Positions 12,576-24,863 of a DNA stretch of 64,000 nucleotides are shown piece by piece. Numbering within the stretch: the stretch's first letter is position 1; every line of letters starts with the position of its first letter. The notes below the pieces were generated by a model. That model saw only the letters and a program-made list of their open reading frames with translations, did no database searches and had not been told where the DNA came from. The stretch spans positions 2,728,001 through 2,792,000 of the forward strand of contig NC_083230.1 of assembly GCF_032191835.1 (NCBI RefSeq), in the 5' to 3' direction. The stretch is from Heteronotia binoei. Lineage: Eukaryota. The translations under genes and the position numbers were made by a program.

Positions 12576-12871
12576 AAAGGTAAAGGTGGTCCCCTGTGCA
12601 AGCACCAGTCATTACTGACTCGGGGGTGACGTCGCATCACAACGTTTTCATGGCAGACTTTTTACAGGGTGGTTTGCCATTGCCTTCCCCAGTCATCTAC
12701 ACTTTTCCACCAGCAAGCTGAGTACTCATTTTACCGACCTCAGAAGGACGGAAGTCTGAGTCAACCTTGAGCTGGCTACCTGAACCCAGCTTTTGCCGGG
12801 ATTGAACTCCAGTTGTGAGCAGAGCTTGGACTGCAGTACTGCAGTTTACCACTCTGCAGCACTGGGCTCCT
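12576..12871 (-). mobile_element. Sauria SINE, near full length, inverted relative to the 10445 copy
   Basis: Reverse complement of the same consensus (aaaggtaaaggtggtcccctgtgcaagcaccagtc...ctgcagtactgcagtttaccactctg). Confidence 0.88.
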
Positions 12872-13564
12872 TATCAAATGAGTAGGTTAAAACAAAATAC
12901 AGAAGTATTGAAAAATGAATATTAGATTACAGTTTTAAAAAGTTATATCAACAGATCATTTCTACAATTTATCATGACACAGCTTAATGACACATTGCAG
13001 AAAAATTGCCACCTTCTCAGTTGCACCAGGAGAGAAGTCATTCAAAAGACAAAGGACATTAAAGGAATCAGAAAGTCCCCTCATGTTTGCCAAGATACTG
13101 CTTAGAGGTTTAAAACTAATATCTGCATAAAAGGGGCAATAAAACAAAAATGTGAAATTGTTTCAATGTTAGCTGTATTACAGGGACAATATGTGGCCAA
13201 ATGTGCTACCTTTTGGAATCTTCCATGTAAAATTGCCGATGGCATGACATTAAATCCAGCCAAAGAACAAGTTCTGTGTTATTGTGGTATTTGCAGAGAA
13301 TGGAGATATGAAACTACAAACAGAAATTAGCCTAAACGGTGGTGGGGGGGGGGTGAGAGCTGTCAAGCTCCTGCAGGGAGTTTTTAAAAAATATTGCCTC
13401 AACAAAATAGCTCAGCAAAAATATTGACCTTGTGAATTTTTCAGTCAGAAACCCTGAAAGTAATGTGGTAGCAGGAACAAGGTGAGAATGAAGACTTTTT
13501 CTATGAATGTGCATTTAATATTATGTAATCCACTGGAATTTGTTTTTCCCCTTCTTCTGAACAG

Positions 13565-13627
13565 ATTTTCTGGCCAGCATCTTTAAGCAGAGTTGAGGAG
13601 TGCAAAATGGCTGGCAAGGATCCTGCT
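13565..13627 (+). CDS. SEMA3C: SEMA3C internal coding exon (63 nt, phase 0-0), IFWPASLSRVEECKMAGKDPA
   Basis: Flanked by ttctgaacAG and GTaagt. The translation closely matches the recalled SEMA3C Sema-domain segment VFWPASTIKVEECKMAGKDPT. Confidence 0.96.
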
Positions 13628-14829
13628 GTAAGTATTTTTAATCCAATTATTTCAATTAAATATCTGGCTACAAGAATTGGAACACCTTGGTGCAGACAAA
13701 AACAATGCAGGAGAGGTGTGTTTTCCTTTAATACTCAGCAAAGCAAATGGCATAGTGAGTTTGTGATGCGAACTCATTATTTCTGCAGCTCTGGCAATGG
13801 ATGTCTGGAAAAATAAGTGCTTTGCTCATTTTTCAGAACCTGATTTCTTCCTTAAGCCATGTGTATTTTTTGCTTACCTCATCACCAGTGATGGCTATCA
13901 CAAGTAAAGTCTGCTCTGAATATCTCCCAGAGAATTTAATGCAGACTGCTGAGCTAATGCTAATGTAAGTGCCTGGATGGATTCCCAGACAGTATATATG
14001 GCCCTTTGTATGAGGGGAAAAAAAACCCTGCTCATTCCAACACCATTTACTTCTAATCATAAAGGCTGTTTTATTGGTTTATAAACCAATGTTTTGACCA
14101 GATGCCTGAAAAAGAGCAGAACTTCCTAAAAGCAGGTAAATGTGGCACAGCTATTATTCACAGTTTTGTTTTCTTTTGGTTTTTAAAAACAGAATCCAAC
14201 AAAAGAGACATCTGTTGAGCCATTTGCTTAAACCTCCAGTCCTACATCAAACAAGCAAACCATTAATTTAATTATAATCATGTTAATAATTTGTTCATCA
14301 CTGTGAGCATTTCTTGGAAAGACAAGAAATTGCACAAGTAGTGAGAATTGTTAACAAACTCTTTCAGTGTATCAGCCGAGGGTTCAGCTTTGAGGTCTGT
14401 GAGTGGGTGTGGCCTTTGGGGTAGTTATACCTGTCACTGAACTCCCTATTCAGAATTCCCTTGAACTTGTTATTTTTAGATGAATTACTTTTTTAAAAAA
14501 ATTAGAAGGACCATTGAAGGTTATACCTAAATGCTATTTGAATGCCGATATAAAAAATAAAATACATTTTTTATTTATACCCCGCCCTCCCCGCCAAGGC
14601 AGGCTCAGGGCAGCTTACAAGACATGGCAAAAGCCATGTTAAAACAATAAAACAAGATAATACAGTTAAGTACAATTAACAATTAAGCATTTAAATAATC
14701 TAAAAACAGTCTAAAAGAATATAATTTAATAGTGCTACAATCTCAGTTGTATTAATGATGGTGTGATTTTTATTTTAGTATTTTTGTTCGATATGATTTT
14801 TAGTATTTTTGTTCGACATTGTTAAGGTT

Positions 14830-16590
14830 GTACACAAATCCTCAGTTAATTGTCAGTTTTTTGTCAGTTTTTTTCCACCCTCCAAAAACGTTTTATTCTA
14901 AAACAATTTAGGTTATAGCAGATTTTAGACAATTACAATAGAACAAAAAGTATTTCTCCTGGTAACAACAGTAATTTTTGTCTTATTTATCATAAACAGA
15001 GTTGTTCAATTGTGCTAGGAATTTCTTTTTTAGTAACCATAAACTCCATTATAAAAAACCAAATTGCAATGAAATTTGATGAAGATCGTTATGACTCAAT
15101 ATCTGACAAATTATTTGTGATTTTTGCTAATATATACATATCCCATAATTTCCTATACCAATGGTAGTTCTGCAGGCTTGATTGATTTTTTCATTGTTGG
15201 GCTATTACACTTTTAGCAGCAAATAATGAATTGCAATTGCTTCTGTTTGTAGTAATATATGGCATTGGGTTTTGTTTTTTTTTAGTTTTCCACCCATTTA
15301 GGAAGATATGATATGGGTAGGGTTGCAAATCCCTAGGTGGGCGCTGGGGATCCCCCAGTTTGGAAGACCTCCTCCTTCTTCAGGGTCATCAGAAAGCAGT
15401 GGGGGGGAGGGAAATATCTGCTTGGCACTCCATTATTCCCTATGGAGACCAATTCCCATAGGGTATGATGGATAATTGATTCATGGGTATCTGGGACTCT
15501 AGGGGGGACTGGGTTTTTTTAGTTAGAGGCACCAAATTTGCAGCATGGCATCTGATGCTTCTCCTCAAAACACCCTCCAAGTTTCAAAAAGGTTCGACTA
15601 AGGGGTTCAATTCTACGTGCCCCAAAAGAAGGTGCCCCTATCCTTCATTCTTTCCAATGGAGGGAAGACATTTCAAAGGTGTGTGGTCCCTTTAAATGTG
15701 ATGGCCGGAACTTCCTTTGGAGGTAATTATGCTTTTCACACTCTTGCTGCTGACTCTACCTGTTGCACACACCATCAGTGCAATTCTCGCATAAAACCTT
15801 AATAGTGACCAGCCTAGCAAGTACCCCAGGCTGCTACCCTTATAGGTGAGTGCAATTGACAACACACCCCAGTGTCTCCTGGCTCCACCCTCAGGTTCCC
15901 AGATATTTCTTGAATTGGACCTGGCAACCCTAGATATGGGTCATGTTGAAGTAATTCCAGTTATATTTTTAATTTGGTTCAATATATCTTTCCAATACGT
16001 TTATAATTTTGGACACTTTATCCAACAGTGTATGTACATGCCAGGTTGTTTGCAGCCTTTCCAGCACAAGTGGTGCTGCAGTTGGAGCAAGATGTGACAG
16101 TTTTTGTAGGGTTAAATACCAAAATGATATAGCTTTAAAAGTTTGCTATCTTATGTCTGTTATATTGGAATTAAAAGGAGGAGTATTCCAGACTTAGTCT
16201 CATGTTTCCCACAAAGTTTATTCCATTTTTGTTGGAATGGTAATATCTTGCTGCTATCTAACTCATTCAAGGTGGTATAGATTTTAGAAATTAGATGTTT
16301 GGTCATAAGTTATGACTTGCCCAAATTTTGTTGATGGTTGTTTAGTTTTTTGTCAGTTTTTAAAAATATTTTGTATTTCATTATACCAGCATTGTTACTT
16401 TATTTGGTTTTCAACAGGAAACACATTTGTAATGCTCCCCCCACACCATCTCCGTGGGATGAAATCCTCAGAGTTTATACCCTTTACTGAAAGCAAGCAA
16501 CCCTCCCAGCAAAATTTCAGTTTTATAGGTCAGGGCTCATTGTGCCTATTATTTTCAGCATTCTATTACCAAAGTTCTAGCGCTTACCTT
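14830..16590 (-). mobile_element. Degraded L1 ORF2 3' fragment, split by the MITE at 15318
   Basis: A-rich minus strand with L1 C-terminal remnants (WY.KLWD..I..K.T-like). The sequence resumes on both sides of the MITE TSD. Boundaries are approximate. Confidence 0.6.
15318..15932. mobile_element. hAT-Blackjack-like MITE
   Basis: TAGGGTTGC...GGCAACCCTA with a perfect 8-bp TSD GATATGGG. Confidence 0.88.
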
Positions 16591-17225
16591 TAAAGCCCTA
16601 AATAGTCTGAGACCATCATATCTATGGGACTACCTCTCCCTATATACCCCTCAGAGACCATTACATTCATCTGCTAACAACTTAGTAGTAATCCTTGGTC
16701 CCAAAGTGGTCCAGCTATCCTCAACCTTTTCGTCTCTGGCCTCAACCTGGTGGAATTCTTTGTCCAGAGAAACCTGGGCCTGGCAGGACTTGGTTCAGTT
16801 CTGCAAGGCCTGAAACTGAGATGTTCCATGGCACATGGATGAGGACAGTGATGGTTAGAGAGTTCAGCTGGTCTCCCTCTATCTCCCCCTTTCCTTGTTT
16901 TTCATTTCCTTTCCTCCATCTTGTTTTATTCCTTTTATTTTACTCCTTCCTGTCTTGATCTTACCCTCCTCCTTTTCCCTTGAGCTTGTTTTTTCATCTA
17001 CTGTGTGGCCATCTCTATGCTGGCTGCTTCCCCAGTGGCCACCTTTGATGGATTGTTGGGATGTCATCTAATGTAGCAGATTGATTCTTAGGTTTTGTAA
17101 TAATGGGTTTTTGAATTGGAATATGTTGATATGTTGATTTTATTGTATATATAACTGTTGAAAGCCCCCCTGAACCCTGCTTGGTGGGGAAAGGAGCAGG
17201 ATATAGGCTGAGTAAATAAATACAT
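16575..17225 (+). mobile_element. L2 LINE 3' fragment
   Basis: Contains an FKALNSLRP..L.DYLS-like remnant and the L2 3' end (aagcccccctgaaccctgcttgg...ggatata). Confidence 0.65.
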
Positions 17226-18065
17226 TCTTCTTGGTGATTCCCACTAGAAGTAGAAAGGTAATTAAGGTGAGTAATTAGTTTTTTATTGTGTTGACAACTA
17301 GAGTTATTCCATATTTATTTGCTGCAAGACTTTTTACAGCTTTAAAAATAAACTGTGAAGCATTTACCTTTCATGGTAGCAAAGATAAGAAATGACAGTC
17401 ATTAAAATTTTAATAACCCTGAAAACTGGTGGGGGGGGAGTTTGAGGTGGCTCCTAAAACTGGGGTGGGGGAAGTCAAGTCCTTGTCAACCAAGAAAGGA
17501 GATGGGCACAAATTTCTTTCTCTCTCTCTCTGAAGTATGAGTCCACCCATTCACATCTATAGTGCAGGTATACAAATGAGTCTACTTTAAGAACAAATAT
17601 GAAGTTTGAAATTGACGGTGAGGGGAGCACAACCCTGTACCACCCCGTTATCTCACTTCATTTTGCTTTTAGCATTTTTCTCCTGGTAGTTGGCTTCTAG
17701 TAAAAGAGATGACTGGGAGAAAAAAAATGCTAAAATCAGCTGACTGAATTCAAGGTAAAGTTGTAGGGTGTAGGTTCCCTTGCCTCTAGAACTTCCCTTA
17801 GCCACTAGAACTTGCCACTCTCTGCTTTATGTATGCCTGAATTGGTGAATCCCTGCATAAGTAAAAAAAAGACCACCATATTTGGTATATGCCCACCTGC
17901 TTTGATAGGTACCCAAATACTAGTTAGAATCTTAGGGAGCAATCTTAAGCAGGTCTACTCATAAGTAATCAGGAAATATAACTAAAACATTTCCCTCTCT
18001 ACCTAGGAGATAAGCACCTATAGCAACTGGGCAAAGAATGGAGTGCCCAGCAAACCAGCTCCATT

Positions 18066-18564
18066 TAGGGTTGCCAATCCCCAGGTGGGGGCAGGGGATC
18101 CCCTGGTTTGGAAGCCCTCCCCTGCTTCAAGGTCATCAGAAAGCGGAGGTGGGGAGGGAAACGTCTGCTGGGCACGCCATTATTCCCCATAGAGACCGAT
18201 TCCCACAGAGTATAATGGAAAAGTGATTCACGGGTATCTGGGGCTTGGGGGGGGCTGTTTTTGAGGTAGAGGCACCAAATTTTCAGCATAGCATCCAATG
18301 CCTCTCCTCAAAACACCCGCCAAGTTTCAAAAATTTGGACCAGGGGTTCCAGTTCTATGAGCCCCAGAAGAAGGTGCCCCATATGTTATTTTTAATGGAG
18401 GGAAGGCATTTCAAGGGTGTGTGGTCCCTTTAAATGTGATGGCCAGAACTCCCTTTGGAGTTCAATTATGCTTATCCCAACCTTGCTCCTGGCTCCACCC
18501 CATTGTCTTCTGGCTCCACCCCCAAAGTCCCCAGATATTTCTTGAATTGGACTGAGCAACCCTA
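18066..18564. mobile_element. hAT-Blackjack-like MITE, inverted relative to 3834-4802
   Basis: TAGGGTTGCCAA...GCAACCCTA with a perfect 8-bp TSD GCTCCATT. Confidence 0.9.
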
Positions 18565-18725
18565 GCTCCATTTCTGTTTATATAGAAACCAGAAAATTAT
18601 TTCCACTAGGAATAGTGCAAAGATTGGGAGAAGACAAATACTTTGCACAGAAATGCCTTCTTTTTAGTGGAACATCTGCTGATTCTTCTAGTTGGAACCT
18701 GTCTCAGAGCCAGCATAGTGTCCTG

Positions 18726-20190
18726 CAGAGTTGTCGAACTCATTTGTTACAAGGGCTGGATGTGACATAAATGGGGCTTTGTGTGGCTGGGCCATGCATA
18801 TCATAAAATGTAATGCCAATTAGTGGAGATAAACTTAATAAGACAGACAAACATCATTAAATACATTTTTTTCACTTTAAATAGAAACCTGCTTAAAACA
18901 TAATGTAACAATTATTGAATTAACAGTAATTAACAAAGATTCAGGTGAGGTAACTGTGTTGGTATGAAGCCGCTGAACAAATTTGAATCCAGTGGCACCT
19001 AAATTAAGACAAAGTTTTATTCACAGTAATCTTTTGTGTGCAAGCACACGTCATCAGATATCTTAAAGGTACCATTGCACCCAAATAATTAACAGGCATC
19101 TTCAAATATTTTGTATATTTAACACTCTTTGATTATTCTTCCCCTGTAGCAGCTCTGATCAGTTTGCCTGGCTCTTTTGGGTCAAACTTGCATTTTTGCA
19201 TGCTGCCCACTTCCAGGTCCTGCACCCAGCTGTCTCCCTCCTCTCCTGCCACTGCAAGTTCTCCCCACCTTGGTGTGACTGGGAGACTACCCTTTGGCCC
19301 TTGGCTCCCTCCTCCAACAAACACTGCCTCAACTGAATGGCAACAGACCCCATGCCTAGTTCTCTACCCGCTGCAATTTCTTTCTCCCTTGGCATGGCCA
19401 GGAGGCTGCTTTCTGGCCCTTGGCTCCCCCCCCCCCCATGGTCGAGTGGCAACAGGCCACACAGCTGTTTATCTCCCCATCTCTGCAAGATCTTTCTTGC
19501 TCAGCATGGCTGGGAGACTGGTCTCTGGCTCTTGGCTTCCTCACCTTTAACAAGCACTGCCACGGTCAAGCAGCAACAGGCCCTGCACCTGGTTCTCTCC
19601 CAGTCACTACAAGTTATTTCCTCCTTTGTGTAGTTCTTGGCTCTTCGCTTCCCACAAGCACTGCTGTGGCTGAGCACCAATAGGTCCCAGGCCTGTTTCT
19701 CTCCCCAGCACTGCAAGTTCTTTCCTCCTCAGCAAGGCTGGGCAGCAACTCTCTGGCCCTTGGCTACCCCCCTCCAACAAGCACTGGCGTGGCTGAGTAG
19801 CACAGGCCATGCACCCAATTCTCTCCCCACTGCCCCCATCCAAGGGCTTACTCAGGGAGGCCAGCCTCCACAGGGGACTCAGGGACACAGAGATCATTTC
19901 TCCTCGAGTAATAATGCAGCCCAGCCAGAAGGGTTGCAAAGAAGAGGAAGCAGCTAATAATAGCCAATCAGAAAAGACCATTAGAATCACATGGAGCCAC
20001 CAATCACATGAGGCAGCCTTCAGCTGAAGCAGAAGGACATAACAGGGGGATCTGAACTGTGGAAGAGCTGCAGAGAGCACAGCCAAGCCCAAATTGGTGG
20101 GGGGAAGCACAGGGGTTGTTTTACCCGCAGGCTGAATTGAGGGTCTTGTTGGGCCAGTTCTGGCCCACAGACGGTATGTTTGACCCTCTG
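18726..20190. mobile_element. Non-autonomous hAT (Charlie-like) element with an internal ~115-bp tandem array, inserted into a Squam3-like SINE
   Basis: Ends CAGAGTTGTCGAAC / GTTTGACCCTCTG. The SINE head agagccagcata-gtg (18706-18720) resumes at 20191 gtgtagtggttaagag. Imperfect TSD GTGTCCTG/GTGTAGTG. Confidence 0.7.
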
Positions 20191-20425
20191 GTGTAGTGGT
20201 TAAGAGTAGCAAACTCTAATCTGGAGAACCAGGTTTGATTCCTCACTCTTTCAAATGATACCTGCTGTGTGATGTTGAGCCAATCAAAGTTATCTAGGAA
20301 CTCTCTCAGCTGCACTTACCTCACAAGGTGTCTGTTGTGTGGAAAGAAAGGGAAATGTGATCGTAAGCCATTTTGAGCCACTTAAGGTAGGAAAAAAATG
20401 AGTATAAAAACCTTCTTCTTCAGTT
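20191..20425 (+). mobile_element. Squam3 (MIR/Ther1-derived) SINE body
   Basis: tRNA-like boxes and the core cctcacaaggtgtctgttgtg. Confidence 0.7.
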
Positions 20426-22389
20426 AGATGGTTCTTTGTCATTCTTGCTCTTTACTGCTCCTCGCATAATCTTTGTCTTATGTCACTGTGATAGACAGCA
20501 AGACACCAGGACAGGTCATTTCAAAAGATTTTTAGCAATCAGACTTATGATATTAAAGAACAGATTGAATTTGGTTTTAATGCACAACTGTATTTGTTTT
20601 TTTGTTTTTATTATACTGGTGTTATGTATGTTGCTTTTAAACATGATGGGGCCTTATTGCTTAAAAGCAAAAAAGAAAATAAAAGAATTACCAAGCTATA
20701 CATTGTGGCAAAACAAGTTAAGATATCCAGCATGAGGAAGGAGAAAAAGGGACGTCCCTCGTGTCAAATCAAGATTTGATGAGGAGATAAGTCCCGCCTT
20801 CCTGGCTCCCCCCTCCCACCTGGGACTGTCAGAGGTGGAGCCATCCCCCTGCGGGCTGGAGAGTGCATTTTGGGAAGGTGGAGGCAATATGGCTACTGTT
20901 TTTTTCATAGGGAAAACTGTGGTGCAAACTGTATTTTTGTGGGTTGTGCATTTGTACAGGGGGGAATTGGAAAATGCAAAGGTTTATTATACAGGGAAAA
21001 TGCTTGGGTGCAGACTTGTGGTTTTGAAATATTTTTGCAGTACTATTTGAAAAGGAAGGAGCTGAAATCACAAATGCCTGGCTTACAGCAGTCATGATGA
21101 GCAGTTCTCCCACAAGGAACAGTACCCTTTTTAAAAAGTAAAGCAGGTGCATGTTTTTCTGTGGGAGAGTTCTCTTTTTGCAAGGAACAGACACCATTTA
21201 TTTTTTAAAGCCTGGACAAAAGCTGAGAGAGACAGCTTTTTACTAAGAAATCCCCCCCACACTTCCCACTGCAAGTCACAAACAGCAAAGTCTAATCATG
21301 CAAGCCCCCAGCAAGCAGACACAGAGCCCTTGTAAGGATCAGTCTTCTTTTAAAAGTTTAAGCCAATCCTCCCCTCCCCTCCCCTTTATTTATTTATTTA
21401 TTCGATTTATATCCCACCCTACCCCACCAAGGCGGGCTCAGGGCGGCTTACAATTCCAAAAGCTAACAAAATCAGTTTAAAATACTTTAATAATTATACA
21501 ATAAAATATATAAAATACATTAAAAAAAAGCTCAGCAGGAGAGAGTTTACAACATGCAGTCTTCTAAACAGAGTTTGAATCACCTTTAAAACAACTGTAA
21601 GGACAGTTGTTTCTCCTTCCTAAAAAGAGAGGGAGAGAGGTTCCCTTTGCCCCATCCATCCAGCCATAGAATGCTACAGACACATTTTTTAAAAAATGCA
21701 GTTTAATCAGTTACAGAGAGAGAGAGATTGCATGCTCCTTTCCTAAAAGCTGATAAACTCACCAACCACTGCTTTTAAAAAACAAAAACAGCTTTTAAAA
21801 CACAGCTGAATTTTCCCACCCTGAGATGTGTATTGACAGGCAGGCAGGGAGCTACTGACTCAGTTGAACAGCACGCTGCTGCTAGGGGTGGGACTGGAAA
21901 ACTGAGATCCAATCAACGTAGTTCACCAGATGGAATTTACTCACATCTAACAACTGGAAAGAAGGTTCTAGCCAATGGCAACACATGGTGTCACATGATC
22001 CTTTTCACCCTACGGGAGCTTACCCTTCAGCCTGCATTTTTCTTGCATAGAACCCTGCCCCCCCCCCCCCCGCTTGCTGCCATCTCTGACTTGTTAAAAT
22101 AAAACACACAAGTTTTATAAATAATATTAATAAGACATTGGACTTATATTCTGCCCACCACACAGAGTCTCAGAGCGGCTCACAGTCTCCTTTAGCTCCC
22201 TCCCCCACAACAAAGTTTTAATCATAGGATCTGTTTATCCTCAAACAAGTGACAGCACAAACTCACAGGTTTTTTGAGTAAAACACTCTATTAGCAGCAA
22301 GTTTCTCCTTAGCAAAGTTTTTTTCCTGTAATGAATAAGCAACTTCCACCATGTTACCCTTAAGAAATTATTGATTTCATTGTTTTTAC

Positions 22390-22412
22390 TATATATATAT
22401 ATATATATATAT
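22390..22412. repeat. (AT)n microsatellite
   Basis: tatatatatatatatatatatat. Confidence 0.9.
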
Positions 22413-22439
22413 GACAGCCTGAAAATCACTAAAGGTTAA

Positions 22440-24863
22440 GACACAGTACAGCTTTATGTACCTAAACTAATTCATTCAACGGGTTCATGTTGCAGCTAAA
22501 ATGATTTTTAAAGCCATCCCTACTTCCAGAGCAGCTTCTAACACACCAACTTTGAAGCAGGTCCAGTTTTTGCCAATTAAATAATTAGAAACAGAATGAG
22601 GCTCCAAAATTTATTTTACTACCTCAGAAATAAGTGCAAATGTAAAACATTTGCCGATGTGTTGCTGTCTTTTACCATTGTAAAGTGGGGTTTTGAGTGA
22701 ACCAGGGAGTTTGTGAATTATTGCATTAATAATTTTTAAAATTTCTATACCTTGCAAACCTTGTGGTCTCCAGCCTTTATACAAGCGTGGCTCATCCTTC
22801 TAAGCCGAGCTGCGCTGTGCTTAGACCTCGGAAGGGCGGAGATACCTGATCAATCTTCGGGTAACTTCGTCTATCTGGACTTGCCCCAAAGGAGCCACAA
22901 GATTTCTATCTGGTTTTCCCCTTGGCTGTTGAGAGGCTGTGCAGCTACAGCCTCACTTTCTTTCGACTTGTAACTTAAAATTCTGGAGCACCTCCCCATG
23001 GCTGCCATACCACAACAAACTTCAGAACTCTTATGTCCACACCTCTTACGTCACTATTGGGGATTCTTTGCTCTGTTTGAGGACCAAATCCCTAATTTTT
23101 CTCCTGGCGAAACTGACATGCACTTCCCTTGCTGGCGCTTTTTTCCGTGCAAATGCAGAAGAGAGGCATATCTCATATTTAACTGCTCCTCCGGCAGCAG
23201 TTCAGTCAAAGCCTCTGACATTATCTTGACAATATCTTCTGATTTGTCTTCTGGAATGTTTTGAAATCTCAGCAAATAGGCTGCTCTCTCCATTTCAAGT
23301 TGAAGGGTCCTAGCTTCCACCATGTTATGTTTTTCCCCTCAATTTTCCACTTTGATATCTGTCTTCCCCACCTTTATATCTAAAACTTTCATCAGCTTAT
23401 TAGTTTCAGATGTTTGCTGCTTACATTCTTCTACTTCACCTTTTACATTTTGCATTTGTTCTCCTAAAGTTACTACTTTATCAGTCAAATCTGACATAGC
23501 CTTCATCAATGTCAATTGTAAGCCTTTAATTTCTTCCTGTAAATTAGGAGTGGTCAATTTGGCAGGGTCAGTTTGAACATTTGGAGATGGCATAGTACCT
23601 CTTTTATTCATTATGGCAAAGATCAGCAATTCAATATGCACAGGAAAAACAGAAAAAAATAGAAGCTTCAAGAGCCACACAGTATCTTCTTATGATGATA
23701 ATTTTTTGAAGAGAAAAATTCCCTCAATGCAAAAAATTGTTTACAACTTTGTTATGGAACACAGCGTATTGTCACAATCAACAATATCCACTTAAAGCAA
23801 ACGGAGTTCACAATTCAACAGTATTTACCCTCCAATAGGCTGCAAGCCAATAAGCTACAAACCCAAACAGACCAACCACAAATATAAGATATTAAAACCT
23901 ACAGATGTTGTTAGGCAGCCAAACTTAAAGAGGAACAAAAAGAAGTCTTTTATACAGACTAGACCAAGCAGAAATCAGTCTCACCCACAGGATCCACCTT
24001 TAAACGAGTTCAACTCCATCAGGGTGGCAAAGGTACTGAATTGCAAAAAATCCAAGTTATATCAACCAGTAGGGATCCATCCGCCTTTGTGTAGGCTGCG
24101 CCAGAAGTCCTATGGCTTTTGCCTTATATTCAAGTCTTATAATTCTTGTAATCCTTGGATAAGAAAATGGATAAAACTGTAATCCACAGCAAGAACGTCA
24201 GTATTTCCAATAGAGCAGCTCAATAGAGAACGATGCAACTGACAGAGATTAACACAGCCAGTCGACAAATGCACATGTACCCATCTTCAGAAAGGGAAGA
24301 GCTGTGCGCACCCTAAGAACTCCTCCCTCACACTTTTCTAATAATTCTTTAACTTCTTGGAGAGTGCACAGGAAACCAACATGGGGGAACTTCATCAAAT
24401 TGTCTGAAGCCAGCGACGGATATGTTTGAAAGCTGAGAGAGTCGGGGCAGAAAGGGGGAGGAGACCCCCCCCTTCCCCCTTTTCTATGACTGTTTCAGTT
24501 TCTTCCCCTTAATGAAGAGTATCCTCTTTAAATTAGAGATTCCATAAGCAAAGTATAAGTTGGGAGGTTCAGTCTTATAAAAATGAGAAGTTTAGGTTGG
24601 AAAGATGCAGATCAGCAAGTAACAGAAAAGCAAATCAGGAATCGCCTCTAGTCCAAAATGGTGATTTGAGTGACGGAGCTTCATGGCAACTGGAGACTTG
24701 AGGACTGAACCGCCGTTCGATCCACTGTCTCCAGCCATCTGCTGAGGGGTCTTTGCCAAGAACTCCCCTTTGGTCCCCTGGGTCAATCACCTGATTCAGG
24801 ACCATTCGCTGGAGTGACCGCCACGAACGTGTCCTGCAGTGAGGCGCCAATCCTGGAAGTCCA
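22440..24863 (-). mobile_element. L1 5' portion (5'UTR, ORF1 and start of ORF2), degraded
   Basis: ORFs 23339-23680 (coiled coil) and 23054-23323 (LRFQNIPEDKSED, the L1 ORF1 RRM start). The 5' end begins GGACTTCCAGG on the minus strand. Confidence 0.75.

Noticed and set aside
1-13564. Preceding SEMA3C exon (ELRETKTSEYF...NISQ)
   Set aside because: I could not find a matching sequence; it is presumably upstream of the window.
13607-13816. ORF starting MAGKDPA as an independent gene
   Set aside because: It is the end of the SEMA3C exon read through the GT donor into the intron.
19170-19850. CRISPR-like repeat-spacer array
   Set aside because: The units are degenerate along their full length with no unique spacers, the context is a vertebrate intron, and there are no cas genes.
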